A stretch of 64,000 bases of DNA from Octopus vulgaris (GCA_951406725.2 OX597824.1:35712001-35776000); one strand, 5' to 3'. Shown: positions 13,050 through 27,090, counted from the stretch's first letter. A program made the numbers and translations. The notes: generated by a model not told the origin, from the letters alone.

Positions 13050-14330
13050 CGTGGAACCATCAACGTGAATGCTCAACCTGCTAGACATATCCTTATATTT
13101 CAAGAACTTTCTTCAGAATCCGAGTCGTTCCTAGTAAGTCTGTCTTCTAAAGATGTTCTGTACGTAACTCACTTGCAGATTTCTCAGTCCATGTTTTTAT
13201 TTCTGTTGTTACTGTTCCCAAGACATCAAAATCTACTAGCATTGGTCTGACTTTTTTCGTGCCTCGCATTTTGTAAATTTGTCTCTGTTTTCATAAGGTT
13301 CGACCTTTTTTTTTATCTTTTTCACACAAACTGTTATTCGCAGGTAATCCTACATTAGGTTTTTGACAGACGCATTTTCCTCTTTTTCAAATATAACAAT
13401 ACCAAGTCTTCTTCTCATGTCTTTTACAACCACATTCGATGTTGAAGCTCCGAAGTAGTTTCACTTCATCTGATTCTATCAGAGTCGGGCTGGTGCTCAT
13501 AATACTCTTATGTTCTCTTAAGTTTGTTTCTCGTACAACTTCTACTGTACAATTGGGACAAGGTTATTCTGCCTACTTTTGTACTAATATACTTATTGCA
13601 CACACTCACAATACGACTGACTTTCATTCTATACAGTTTATAGAATTCTGTCAACGGTTATGTCGTTGTTATATCTCACATAATTGATTCCAAGAGATTA
13701 CACTTGTACTGCACGTAATAAAGCCAAATCTTCCTAGCCATTCCAATGACGCTTATTCCGCTCCTTCTCTCCCACTTCTGTTATCAATTAGTCGAATATT
13801 GATTTAATCCGTTTACTTTTTTCTTCTTCCGTTCTTTTCTTACCATTCTTTTCAATGCAAACTTCAGTCTGGAAAATGCCACATTGTTTCATTGCCATCA
13901 ACCAGGATACAACACGGTGCTTTATGAACCAAACAAGATTGTTTTCTTCTTTTTAAACAGTTTTCACAATTTATCAAACTGCTGATTCTGAGAAGATAAA
14001 TTTCGTCGACGTCACGTTTTGGATACAGCGCACCATTCACAGCCATTATCTTTCGTCTATTAACGGTGCATTACTCCTAATCACTTCTTTTGCTTCAGTT
14101 GATACTCCCAATTATGTGCTTCATCATCGAAGCAGCCCACTAGTTCATTGTCTGCTCTTTTTCATTCAATTTTCTTTAAAAAAAAATACTTCGATCTTCT
14201 AAAATATTCTTTTTTAAAAGCATTTTTCAGTTCATTTTCTTTGAACTGCTTCCAAAGCACTTCAAAATGTATATCCACCCCACCTTTCATCTCCCTCACA
14301 TTTTTCGTCTAACTTTTTCTCCTTGTGTTC
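13050..14330 (-). mobile_element. Decayed R4/Dong-clade non-LTR retrotransposon (RT C-terminus to REL endonuclease)
   Basis: Remnant motifs GALYPKRDVDEIYL (cf. ALHPKSDVDRLY), YEHQP and LGTVT..W.EK...EHL*KTDLLGTTRILKKVLE; many stops and frameshifts. Confidence 0.75.
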
Positions 14331-14344
14331 TTTCTGTTCAAACC

Positions 14345-14385
<41 letters not shown>

Positions 14386-14689
14386 GAAACAGTCTTCAAA
14401 CACTAAGGTTTGAAATAATATGTCACTATTATTAATATCATGTGGAAACATTTTAATTGATGGTATCAACAGTAGTAACATAGGTGGTTCGCAGGCAAAA
14501 GGCATTACTTAGCTATAAATTACAAATCAGCGAGAAACGTAAGGATGCAGAAAAGCATCAAACTGCTAGAAATAAGAGTTAAAGTCTTAATTAAACCACC
14601 GTTTGAAGCAAATAAAAGATAAATAGACAATGTATTCATTAAATGTGTAGGAATGAATTTCTGGATCAATGATAGTGTTTTTAAATGTG

Positions 14690-15240
14690 TGGGGAGCCAG
14701 AGACAATGTGATTTATTGTTTCTTCTTCATCTCCACATATTCTACAGTTACTTGTTATGTTTCTTTTCATAATATGTTTTTGGTAATTTCTAGTAGGGAC
14801 GCCTTGGTCTTGTACTGCAATTAAAAATCCTTCAGTTTCTGTTTTGAGTCCTTCGCTTCTCAGCCATTGTTAGAATCTTGCTTTGTCTATTTCTTTTACA
14901 TTTAGTTTAACCCAATATTTGCCATGAAGGGGCTTTTCTTGCCATCGCTTTATCATGATCCGTTGCTGTTCTAGATTTAGTTTGGATTTCATTTGTTTTA
15001 CAGCTTTTGTTGTTTCTTCTTTTTCTTCATAATTTTTAGGTAGTATGGCTTCTTGTTTGTATTTGTCAGCTTCCTTAAGGACTGAAAACAGTTTTTTTTT
15101 TGTTCGTGTTTTGTGACTATTTGAATTAGTTTTCCTTGCTTCTGAAGTAGATATTTTTGTAGCCCTATGGTGGTTATTTTGTAATAGTTTTCTAGTTGTA
15201 TAAGGCCTCTACCACCTTCTATACGTTGTATATATAACCT
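14690..15240 (-). mobile_element. R4/Dong-clade LINE fragment (post-RT region and CCHC knuckle)
   Basis: RLYIQRIEGGRGLIQLE...WQEKPLHGKY...WLRSEGLKTETEGFLIAVQDQ...CRICGDEEETINHIVSG, with one in-frame stop. Confidence 0.88.
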
Positions 15241-15407
15241 GAAATACTCACAGCTTATTTTGCTGGGTATGATGGAAAGTGTCAGCTGTCCACAGCCAGT
15301 AGACTAAGGTGACATTTGTTAACTGGTCATGCGTCAATAACCCTGCGGAGAATTTTTGCAGTTCCAAGCAATTATGATTTTTGTAGGTATTCTACCTTTA
15401 TTATTAT

Positions 15408-15592
15408 TATAGCACACCGGGCAAAATGCTGAGCGGTATTTTGCCTGTCGCTACGTTGTGAATTGAAATTCTGCCGGGGTCGACTTTGCCTTTCATCCTT
15501 TTGGGGTTTGATAAATTAAGTACCAGTGGAACACTGGGGTCGATGTGATTGACTAGTTCCCTCCACCAATTTGGGGCTTTGTTCCTATAGTA
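15408..15592 (+). mobile_element. SINE family A (5'-truncated)
   Basis: B-box and Meta-like domain. Confidence 0.8.
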
Positions 15593-16009
15593 TATTATTA
15601 TTGTTGTTGTTGTTGTTTTGTTCTGTTTATAACTAAGACATTCCGAACATTTCGATATCTGTTCCATCACCCCAAGAAGGTTTTTCGTTATTTTTGTTTG
15701 TAACTGGTTCAATATGGCCAACTGTGAAGTAGCGGAGGTGGATATTGGTCACAAATACGTCTTCCGATACATTGAAAACACGAGGAATGATTTTGAAAAG
15801 CAGATAAATGAAAGGAAAAGTATGCAATGAAACAGATTTATCGGCCTGCATAGTAAAATGTTGGTTTTAGAAATGTAGAGTTGTAAAGGTGATGTACTGA
15901 GGACCGTGACCGGTGGTAGAGGGGAGAGGAAAGGACTTCATACGTTTGGAAACATCCCTAGAATGATCTCGCCCGATGAGTGGAAGATTGGAATGGTATA
16001 ATCGCCGCA

Positions 16010-16227
16010 GGCGGTGAGCTGGCACGCCGGGCGAAATGCGTAGCCGTATTTCGTCTGTCGTTACGTTGTGAGTTCAAATTCCGCCGAGGTCGACTTTGCC
16101 TTTCATCCATTCGGGGTCGATAAATTAAGTACTAGTTACTCACTGGGTTGATGTAATCGACTTAATACCTATGTCTGTCCTTGTTTGTCCCCTCTATGTT
16201 TAGCCCCTTGTGGGTAATAAAGAAATA
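16010..16227 (+). mobile_element. SINE family A monomer
   Basis: 15-bp TSD ggtataatcgccgca at 15995-16009 and 16228-16242. Confidence 0.92.
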
Positions 16228-17075
16228 GGTATAATCGCCGCACGGTTTGTTGTAGACCATGAGTGTAAGTGGTTTGTATATTATTGGACAGCAAGTTATA
16301 AACCTGAAGATTTAGAGGTTCCTGGCATTTTAGCTTTTAGGAATCAATGATGTTATTCTCCCACTTGTAAGCACCTAAGTGTTGATTCTGATCTGTTTAA
16401 CCAACTTAGATAACGCTCCCACCACGTACACATGGATACTGGGTAAGGTATTTCAGCCAAAAAATATTAACCTTGTCAATTTCTTGCTGTTCTTAATGCG
16501 TTAATAAGATTTTTCTCGCCCCGACATTGGGCTCGAACGGTAAAGGGAGTTCATGTATTTTTGTCCCCACCCCCTTTTTTTTTATTCATTTCTATTATTA
16601 TTTTATTGTCTTTAATGTTTTTGTTCCACACTTTCCCCTCTATGCTTCAGTTTCTTTTTATATCCATGTGGTTACCATTACACTTTTTTAATATCCCTAT
16701 AAAATCTAATGATATTTCATTCCAGTACCTTGTTCTCCTGGAAGAATCGCTCCCGTTATTCCAACCGCATTATCCTTCATCTTACTTCCAGATTATCTTC
16801 ATTTTTATTGATATTTTTTATTTGAGTCGTTTTATATATATTCATTTCACGTTAGATCCTCTCTTTTCAGTTCACTAACAGTAGGTTTTTTTTGTCTTTT
16901 GTCAATTTATGTAGAATATTTTCTTTAACTTTGATGGGTGGGCAGAGTAGCTGAGGAGAGTTTCTTGCATTACTCTGTTATATCTGCTTATTCCTTCTAA
17001 GAACTGTTTGCTAGTATCTCTTCTTTGTTTTACCTCGATCCCTGTTTATTGACTTTGGTATTTTCTCTTCCCCTC

Positions 17076-17265
<190 letters not shown>

Positions 17266-17267
17266 TT

Positions 17268-17408
17268 AAGGCGGCGAGCTGGCAGAATCGTTAGCACGCT
17301 GGACGAAATGCTTAGTGGTATTTCGCCCGTTGCTACGTTCTTAGTTCATATTCCGCTGGGGTCGATGAAATCGACTAGTCCCCTCCCTTGTGCCTTTAGT
17401 AGAAAGGA
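17268..17408 (+). mobile_element. SINE family A, internally deleted
   Basis: Head aaggcggcgagctggcagaatcg; central domain deleted. Confidence 0.8.
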
Positions 17409-18311
17409 TTATTATCATCATTATCATTATTATTAGATTCGATGAAATTGCTACTAGTTATGAACTGAAGCTGTCTAATCGACTATATCACTAGATGTGT
17501 ATCTCAGTGGCAATGTAAGAAATTAATTATCCTTGTTCTTTTTTACCATAGGAGAACGGGTTATTTTAATAAATCTTGATAATATTGACTCCAAAAACAC
17601 ATTCTCATCCGTTCAATTTGTAGATAACTGTGAAAAAAAAATAGGTAAAAGGGACAAGCTATTTCTGGTTATGTTTCTTCGGAAGTCTTTCCTCCAATTG
17701 ATAAAGTATTTCATTATATGACTTCCATCATTTGATATTCTTCCTTCTACTAGCAATGACAACATCAATCAACGGTCACATTTTGTGCTGAGATAGTTGT
17801 ATAATTAAAATGGCGACTCGTTCACTTATTTCCATCTCCCACCGTACATATTCCACCAGCCTTTGCAATTTTCTCATGTTTACGCTGATAATATTTTCCT
17901 CTTATCGTTAAACCGTATTACCTAAAAATTTACCACTAATGGATGCAATTGTTTAGTTGAGTCTGTAAATTATTAACTACAAGCTATCTAATAACTATAT
18001 CGTCTGCCATTTCAACCCATCCTCAATGTGTGCACACTCTAGAGTTCACATCTTGTTTTAGAATCCTTACACTGATTCATAGTCTCAGTCCAGCTAACTT
18101 AAGCTAGCTTCTTTTAATGTCACAATTTAGTTTAACAGAACGGAGCAGTTCCACATAGAACCAGACTGGTTAAATTATTCATTTATTTCTTTGTTTGCCC
18201 TAATAGTTTCCTTTATAAATCTTGATTGTTTCTACAATATTCTTGTTATTATTGTTGCAACTACTATCTTTACTTTATGGATTACTGATGCCAATATATT
18301 TAGTTATTTCT

Positions 18312-18525
18312 AAGGTGGCGAGCTGGCAGAATTGTTATCACGCCGAGCAAAATATTTGCATCATTTCGTCCATCTTTACGTTCTGAGTTTAAATTCCATC
18401 GATGTCGACGTTGCCTTTTATCATTTCGGAATTCATAAAATAAGTACAGGCTGAGCACCGTGATAGATGTAATTTACTTATCCCCTACTCCGAAATTTCT
18501 GGCCTTTAGCCAAAATTTGAAACCA
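18312..18525 (+). mobile_element. SINE family A monomer (diverged)
   Basis: Head and Meta-like domain; flanked by the direct repeat ccaatatat..ttagtta. Confidence 0.8.
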
Positions 18526-19298
18526 ATATATTTAGTTACTTCTTTATCTTGTTGGTGCTTTGCTAACAGACTTTCGTGCTCGATTCACGATGTATATTCT
18601 ACATATCTAAAGACCATAGTTCACATCCTGCGTTCGATTTCCTTTCTGTGGAAAAGGCCTAATCTCTGATAGTCCATGTATGGAATTGCCTACAGATACC
18701 ATGAGTAAGTACAGCTCACTTCTGCACGCCATTCGAGCATTGCATTGAATGGCGTGCATTCTCTATGTCCTAGAGAAGGTAACGGAGAGTCAGAGTAAAT
18801 TAAAATTAATCTCAGATCAGAGCCATTAATTGTGTTAATCTAATGTTCATTTGAATCGGGAGTCTTGATTTTGATTATGGTCTACATACGACAGTTGTAC
18901 AACATACTCTTGTATCACACAACTAATATTTTCCACGACTACGGAATATTTCATTAAGTTTTATTCATGTATGGTTTGCCGTTTAAGTTCCTATATTATT
19001 TCCATGTTTATTTTATCACTTCTCTTTTACTTTTGAAATTTATCTCTTTGTTAATTGCACTTCTTGTCAATGATTGCACTCTTTCCTTTAAATTATTTAT
19101 TTTCATTGTATTTACACTTCCTTCAAAGCAATTTGCTAGATAACCAACTGTATGTCGTAAAGTAGAACTCTCATCACTGATGCTTTTATGTCAATACAGG
19201 GTTTTCTTGAATGAACACTGAGTGGCTTAAATATTTAAAACAATACTAAGAGAAAACATACAGAGACACCTGCTACGTGAAATCTCAAGAGTACGCAT

Positions 19299-19354
<56 letters not shown>

Positions 19355-20732
19355 TGTGTCGCAGCAGCACTACCTTAAACATGTAAGTAGCAGTGTATCA
19401 ATGAGTGCCTTTGCGAGCAATAATTAAGAACTTACAAATTGTTTAATGCTGAAGACGAATCTTATTTTTATAATGTAGTTATTTTGGCAGATAAAATATC
19501 TGTGAATCGCAATGGAACAGATATGTATATGTTTCAACAGTTTAGAAGTTCATCACTTTTTTTTTTTTTCCAAGTTTATAAACCGTATGAAAGTTAGTCT
19601 TCTATATCTGTTGTGTCTGCAACTGGAAGGATAAACACAGAGGAAGTCAATCTCACTATATTTGATATACATAATTACTTGACAAAAGCTTTCAAAACTT
19701 TGAATGTTCTTGTGTATCGTCGGTGCAAACTACTCAAAATCAATTCTAGAGAAGAATTATAGGAAAATATGATTTTCTATGCTTCTAAATTCCATAACAA
19801 ACCTGACTTGCTGCGATGAATCTACGGTTTGGTGACACCAGTTAATTTCCACCTTATTAAGGTTGATATTCCTGTTGTTTAGATTCCAAATAAAAGTTGG
19901 TCCAAATGTGATTCCTAAATGAATGGAAATACTGGGAATATCGAGTTCTGAAAGTGTTCGATGTCATTTTAAAGTGTTTTCGAAACAGTATTTGTATTCA
20001 TTATAGCGCAATAAATAATGCTTTTGGTGGTTTATCATGTATAAGTACTCATTCATTCGAGTCAGCACAATTACATTATATAGAAAGCTGGTTAGCAGTC
20101 AAAACGTACAGTTTGGATGTACTCAAGCTAGATATCTGTCTAGTGCTAGGTGTAGTAGAATAAGAACCTTTAATGCGCTTTTGGTTAATTATCTATAAAT
20201 ACTTATAGTGAGATGTTTTTTCAGGCGTTTAAAGAAAACTTGCTCCTAAGGTTAGGACTTCTATATAGAAAACGCTAGGGATTATATCAGATTATATTCT
20301 TATTTCTGTTGTTGGTTTTACTGATGTTGGATTATGGATTATCTCTTCCGAATCTAATTTTATCAGTAAAACCATTACATTTCAAAATATCCATGCAGTA
20401 GCGGAGAGGTATGAAAATTAGTCTCGTTCACTGAGAGTTAAGAAACATGATATTCTTAACATAACCAACTAAAATATAGTTTGGAAGGTCGAAAGATCTA
20501 TTAATCCCGTCTATCGACATATCGCGTTTCTTGAACAGTGAAAGTTGTGCGTTGATAAAATGGAGTGTGACATCAAATTAGTATTTGGGTGTGTTGTTGT
20601 TGTTGTTGTTGTTGCTGCTGCTACTACCGCTGCTGTTTTGGTTTATTTAACCCCAGGTCAACCCTGATCAGCAGACCAATGATCAAAGTACTTACAGTAG
20701 TGACTGTGACTCGTTAATATTTCGTGGGTGGA

Positions 20733-20935
20733 AGGCAGTGAGCTGGGAGAAACGTTAGCACGCCGGGCGAAATGCTTAGCGGTATTTCGTCTGTTTTTAC
20801 GTTCTAAGTTCAAATTCTGCCAAGGTTGACTTTGCCTTTCATCCTTCCATTAGGTACCAGTTGCGTACTGGGGTCGATCTAATCGACTGGCCCTCTCCCT
20901 AAAATTTCGAACCTTGTGCCTTGAGCTGAAAAGAA
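20733..20935 (+). mobile_element. SINE family A monomer
   Basis: Head and B-box; flanked by the direct repeat aatatttcgtg. Confidence 0.85.
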
Positions 20936-21950
20936 TATTTCGTGAGTGTGAGCTGGGGAGTGACTAGGATTCAAGGATTACGTTATCTAAGGCTTTCATC
21001 CATTTTAACAAAGTGATTTTTGGGAATTGGGCAATTGTTTCTACCAAGTCGAGGAGTTCACACACAAGCAACAAACAACATATTTCTATAAGTTCAATAC
21101 ATCCGCGCGAGCGAGCGCACGTGTGTGTGTGAGAGAGAGAGAGAGAAATGAAGAAAGGAAGAAAGAAGGAAAGAATGAATGAAAAGAAGAAAGAAGGAAA
21201 GAAAATGAATGAAAAGAAGAAAGAAAGAAAGAAAAGAAGGAAGGAAGGAAGAAGGAAAGAAAGAATGAATGAAAGGAAGAAGGAAAGAAAGGAAGGAAGA
21301 AAGAAAGAAGGAAAGAGCGAGCGAGCAAGCGAGTGTGCTATTTTAATAGAAATATGACCAAAATTCTTGTATGGTGACATTGACAATCTAATTCAGTATT
21401 ACTGCCAGCAAATTTAATTATATCGGGAAGAATTGTGTATTGTACAGCAAAACTAAAGCATTAAGAAATCCAACCTTGTTCACATATGTTTTCTGTTAAG
21501 TTTGTTTTCCCGAGTTACATAAGTTTCGAGACCTTAATGTCACTAATTAAGTGTTGAATCTCCGCACCAAAGCACGTCATGCTAAATAAGTTTTGGATGT
21601 AATTGACTTTTCCATACCTACGAATATAGGAGAACGAGTTACAAAATATCGTTTTGGTATGATAAAATAGTTAAAACAGGAGTACGAATCTATGGTAGTG
21701 TGCCAGCTTGTATACATGTATATGCGTATGGATATGTTTGCATATATGAATGTGTGTCTAAATATATGTATATAATACTGATGTGCATGTGCGTGTATTA
21801 TTATAAATGTATGTATATGCATGTGTATATGCACACATGTAAAGTTATTATGTGTGTATATATATATGTGTGTGTGTGTGTGTATACATATATGCATAAA
21901 CATACATACAAGTAACCGCGTGCATGCATACATACATACATACATACATT

Positions 21951-22190
21951 ATGGCTGCCCCCTCGTTATCGAGTATGGCCATTGCACGAAGCTTAACTGT
22001 TACTGGTGCTGTGATCGAATGCGACATTTTAACCCAGCTAAAGATCTACAATGTCTTGTACAAAATTGGCAACTAAAACCTTTACTGGTAATAGCCGGCT
22101 GTAGTTGTAACTGGGCTTCATGTACCTTTGCATGTCGTTTAATTCCTCCTGCCGAATTACACTCTCTTCCACATGCCCGACATACATACA
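21951..22190 (-). mobile_element. 5'-truncated RTE-clade LINE 3' end (two C2H2 fingers and 3' stem-loop) in (TATG)n
   Basis: CRACGRECNSAGGIKRHAKVH and CQFCTRHCRSLAGLKCRIRSQH*, typical of RTE ORF C-termini; tail ctcgataacgaggggcagcc then (TATG)n. Confidence 0.75.
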
Positions 22191-22368
22191 TACATATTAA
22201 TTAGAAGCGCACTAAGCAGCACTGAAAAATATAAAATATAGGCGATTACAATCATATTTAACATGTTCGTGTACACACAGAAAGACTTGTGCTGCAGTGC
22301 TGCAGAAATAGTCTCGAGAATAAAAATTCTTCTTATACACAGTGAAAGTGAACATGTTGGGCTATGAA

Positions 22369-22445
22369 TGACGTCACCGGACTATCGGACGCATTCGTTT
22401 CTGCGTCGTTTCACGTCGTCAGATGTAGTACAGTCTGGCCAATGT
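22369..22445. promoter_or_regulatory. CpG-rich segment with CRE palindrome and CCAAT
   Basis: TGACGTCA at 22369-22376, about 9 CpGs in 55 bp, CCAAT at 22439-22443. Confidence 0.25.
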
Positions 22446-22684
22446 TATTTTGCTGACTGCTGTTTCTCTCAACATCTGTCTCTCTTTCACTCTGTCTGTC
22501 TCTTTCTCTCTTTCATTCTCTCTCCGCCACCCTCACCGGTTATCATTTCATTTGTCTTTATGCCACCTCTCCTCATACCAGTTCCCTTCTTTCTCTTTCA
22601 ACCCTGACAGCAAAGCCACTGTTATCACATCTTTCAACTGACATTCAGTCATACTTTGAACAGCGCTCGTCAATTTTACTTTAA

Positions 22685-22724
<40 letters not shown>

Positions 22725-23291
22725 ACAAATGTTTGAATGACTATATATACAATATATGTCTGCACGTATATATGTACAATGTATGTACATGATCACATGA
22801 TCGACCAGATTATCACCGTTTTCAATGAGTGTAAGAAACTTTAAGGTTACAGATTTTACACATGCTTTTATATACTATATTCAACAATTCTGCGTACTTT
22901 GCAAAAAAATCCGCGAAAAATAATATTATCATTTTTACAAGAAACTCGCTAATAAACATCTATTTTGTTCATAACTTTCCAAACCACTTTTACTGTGAGG
23001 TTTAAGACTGTATGTGAAAATAACATTTCACTTGTTAATTATATGCCCTTATCTCCACTTTATGCAATAACAGCGTGTATAAAAATCAGTAATTTTTACT
23101 AATTAACTTTGCTATCAACCACTTAAGACAGTGGCATACGGATCAAGTAGATGTAAAATTAAATGAGCGTGTGGTCACTAAAAATGATTTATGTCTGCTG
23201 GAAGAAAATGGAATATATATTTATTTTAAAGTACATATCTTAAATTTTCACATGCCGCTTCCTACACACACTCTCTCAAATACGCGCGAGT

Positions 23292-23346
<55 letters not shown>

Positions 23347-23391
23347 CACAAATAATAATGATATATATGTATCATATTGATATATTTATAT

Positions 23392-23800
23392 CAGGAGTGG
23401 CTGCGTGGTAAGTAGCTTGTTTACGAACCACATGGTTCTGGGTTCAGTCCCACTGCGTGGCACCTTGGGCAAGTGTTTTCTACTATAGCCCCGGGCCGGC
23501 CAATGCCTTGTGAGTGGATTTGGTAGACGGAAACTGAAAGAAGCCCGTCGTATATATGTATATTTATATATGTATGCGTGTGTGTGTTTGTGTGTCTGTG
23601 TTTGTCCTCCTAGCATTGCTTGACAACCGATGCTGGTATGTTTATGTCCCCATTACTTAGCGGTTCTGCAAAAGAGACCGATGGAATAAGTACTGGGCTT
23701 ACAAAAAGAATAAGTCCCGGGGTCGAGTTGCTCGATTAAAAGGCGGTGCTCCAGCATGGCCGCGGTCAGATTACTGAAACAAGTAAAAGAGTAAAGAGTA
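23392..23800 (+). mobile_element. SINE family B full length
   Basis: gtggctgcgtggtaag A-box, gggttcagtccc B-box, accttgggcaagt CORE-like motif, internal (TG)n, tail gagtaaagagta. Confidence 0.9.
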
Positions 23801-24267
23801 TATATATATCCTCTCGAGAATATATTTTTCTGCTATTCTCCATTGCCCAGAAATAGTCACTTAGGCACTGATTGTTCTCACCACAAAGAGTATAGTTTTA
23901 AATGCCTGTGCCTCATGAGTCGCTGGTTGTATTTACTCGGTCATTGTTTTAATTTGCAACGTAACCCAGTGTTCATTCACGAAAAAGCTTCTGTATCTCT
24001 CAAGCCATTCTAATATCTAGCAACAACGGCGAGAGAGTTGTGGCTGATGTACCACTTCCAGTATGTCAGTGCCCGCTTTATTTCCCAGCTTTCATGTAGC
24101 AGGAAATTCTGTGTAGGTCCACTCGCCTAGCACACATACTTACACTCATAAACGCATATATATATATATAATGGGAAGCTTTATGAAAATAGACAAAAGA
24201 CGAAGGCAGGTGGGAAACAAACAAACAATTGTATTAGTATGGCGCTCAGGAAATATAAATAAAACAA

Positions 24268-24306
24268 GTCTTTAACGTTTCGAGCCTACGCTCTTCAACA
24301 GAAAGA
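24268..24306 (-). ncRNA. Minimal type I hammerhead-like motif
   Basis: tcttt-CTGTTGA-A-GAGC gtag GCTC-GAAA-CG-TT-aaaga; stems I and II pair. Confidence 0.65.
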
Positions 24307-24476
24307 TACACAGAGAGAAAAAAAAACACAGAAAGAAGGAGAGAAAACAAATGCGTGCAGTAACTAACGAATCAACATGGCGATCTGATTTCGGCCAGAG
24401 GTCAAAGATCAAACATGAGACGCGAGAGCGAAATAAGGGGAGATAATAGGGTTGATAATAGGGTTGAATGACCAGC

Positions 24477-24551
24477 TATTAGTGCGTATGAGAGGTCTGG
24501 ACGTGTGCATGTATAGGGTTGGTGTATGTATTAGTATGTATTAGTATGTAT

Positions 24552-24594
<43 letters not shown>

Positions 24595-24842
24595 AGAGAG
24601 TATTAGTGCGTATGAGAGGTCTGGACGTGCGTATGTATAGGGTTGGTGTATGTATTAGTATGTATTAGTATGTATTAGTACGTATTAGTATGTATAAGTG
24701 TGTGTGTGTGTGTGTATGAGAGAGTATAAGTGCGTATGAGAGGTCTAGACGTGTGTATGTATAGGGTTGGTGTATGTATTAGTATGTATTAGTATGTATT
24801 AGTACGTATTAGTATGTATTAGTTGGTGTATGTATTAGTATG
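24477..24842. repeat. ~124-bp tandem repeat x3 in the PLE 3' UTR
   Basis: Units start with tattagtgcgtatgagaggtc-like sequence at ~24477, 24601 and 24725. Confidence 0.85.
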
Positions 24843-25399
24843 GCACATCATATATGATGTGATGTGTAAAGTCGTGTGGTGTAGTGTGGAGAGAGGAGAA
24901 GAGGGGGAGGGGGAGGAGAGGGGGGAGATGGGGAGAAGGAAGGGGAGGAGGAAGGAGGGAGAGAGAAGGGGAGTGAGGGAGCAGAGGGAAGGGGAAGAGG
25001 GAAGGAGGGAGGGAGGGAGAAAGAGGGAAGAAGGGAAGGGGAGTAGGGGTGAAAGGATGAAGGACTGAAGAAGTAGGGGAGGGGGGAAGGATAGGTGAGG
25101 AGGGGGAGGGGGTTAGATGAGGAGGGGGGAGAGTTGAGACCAAATGGCGAATAAGAGCGAAGAGAGAAGATTAATTCCTGTTCACGGCGCAAACGGGAAT
25201 CCGGATGGCCTCTATGTAAGGACAAACCGAACACAGATAGGTGTTGCAAGGAGTGACCGGTGGAGCGGAAATGGCGTGAGACCGGTGTGTCGTTCGCAAG
25301 GTGGATGTCACGAAGGTGTTCCGCGAACCGGTCAGCCAAGCGGCGTCCCGTTTGTCCGATGTACAAGGAATGGCAGAGAGAGCAAGAGACGCAATATAT

Positions 25400-25447
<48 letters not shown>

Positions 25448-25481
25448 TGTGTGTATGAACATTTTTATGGTTCTGTTGTCA

Positions 25482-25707
25482 CGAGCTGGCAGAAACGTTA
25501 GCGCGCTGGGCGAAATGCTTAGCGGTATTTCGTCTGTCGTTACGTTCTGAGTTCAAATTCCGCCGAGGTCGACTTTGCCTTTAATCCTTTCGGGGTCGAT
25601 TAAATAAGTACCAGTTACGCACTGGGGTCGATATAATCGACTTAATCCGTTTGTCTGTCCTTGTTTGTTCCCTCTATGTTTAGCCCCTTGTGGGCAGCAA
25701 AGAAATA
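25482..25707 (+). mobile_element. SINE family A monomer
   Basis: Near-consensus copy. Confidence 0.9.
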
Positions 25708-25821
25708 TATATATATTGTACAAGCAATCAAAGAACTAAAAATATTCAGTAAATAGTAGTCTCCCACTATCGTTTGTCACGAGATTCTACATATATAAAC
25801 ATACATTTTCATTAGTATATA

Positions 25822-26051
25822 CAGGGTTGGCCAAAAGTCACCTGATAGTAAATCAAAACCATTTAATTCCAAGATTTTTTATGTTGGACAACTGAACGAA
25901 TCTAATAAAATCATCTAAATATGAAACATGAGGAAAACTGGTCAAACTGAAGTCCTTCTTGAGCGATACATTTTTCCATTGGAGTCAATACAGAATTACA
26001 GATAATATTTAAGGAATTTTGGTTACTGTCGGGTGACTTTTGGCCAGCCTG
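25822..26051. mobile_element. Tc1/mariner-type MITE
   Basis: ~30-bp TIRs cagggttggccaaaagtcacctgatagtaa / ttactgtcgggtgacttttggccagcctg, with TA on the left flank. Confidence 0.8.
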
Positions 26052-26117
26052 TGTTATGTTAAGATCGTATGTTATTTGCATTTATTGTACGCCTGTATAT
26101 ATATATACATATACATA

Positions 26118-26176
<59 letters not shown>

Positions 26177-26207
26177 CTATATATATATATATGTATATAC
26201 ACACATA

Positions 26208-26252
<45 letters not shown>

Positions 26253-26496
26253 GTGCATAAAATCAAGTTTTGTAGAAAATTAAACGATTTTTCATATACA
26301 TATGCGTATGTGTGTATGCGCATGTGCGAGTATATGAATGTATATATGTGTGTGCGTGCGCGCGCATATGCGTGAGAGTGTGTGTACTATAAAATTTTTT
26401 AAAAAATAGTTTTTTTCCTATATTTTATACATTTTTAACTAGCAATTAATGGTCGGAACATAAAGCATTCGCATTCTTTGACATAAATATTTATAC

Positions 26497-26552
<56 letters not shown>

Positions 26553-27090
26553 GTGTTCTGCATGTCTGACTGACTGTATGTATAACATAATAAAAAAGGA
26601 AAAATCAAATGTAATCGTTATTGGGACACTGCAGAAGTGATCGCTTTCAAGTTGTGTGTCAAGGGGATTCGTACTTTGGAGAAATGAAATGGCTCTACCG
26701 GGAATCGAAAGCGATCTGTTGACGTGGCTCGGCAACATTCGAGAAATTTGCACGCACACAGAGGCATACACATGTGTGTGTGTATGTATATATATATGTG
26801 TGTGTGTGTGTGTGTGCGCGTGGTGTGTGTGTGTTATACATATATATATATATAGATATATTGTATATATATATGTATATATATATATATATTTATACAT
26901 ATATATACATACACACACACACATACATATATATATGTATACACACACACATATACATACATTACACTCACATACACACACGCGCGCATACACACACGCG
27001 CGCATACACACACGCGCGCATACACACACGCGCGCATACACACACGCGCACTCACACGCACACATATATATATACATATAATATATATAT

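Larger units (their letters stand above)
24172..25394 (-). mobile_element. 5'-truncated Penelope-like retroelement (GIY-YIG endonuclease, 3' UTR, hammerhead) in (TA)n
   Basis: YCVSCSLCHSLYIGQTGRRLADRFAEHLRDI...PVSRHF..GHS...RREQELIFSL....PFGLN at 25393-25130; (TA)n on both flanks; hammerhead-like motif at 24268-24306. Confidence 0.9.

Noticed and set aside
18570-18760. + strand exon-like segment with GTAAGT donor and a 14-bp hairpin at 18723-18758
   Set aside because: Stops in all three frames and no family assignment; splice-like motifs are expected by chance in 64 kb.
21999-22191. Host C2H2 zinc-finger gene exon
   Set aside because: No TGEKP linker or splice sites; followed by an RTE-type 3' stem-loop and repeat tail, so better explained as a LINE end.
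22410-22455. Ankyrin-like peptide NNIGQTVLHL on the - strand
   Set aside because: Stop codon follows within three codons and there are no splice sites.
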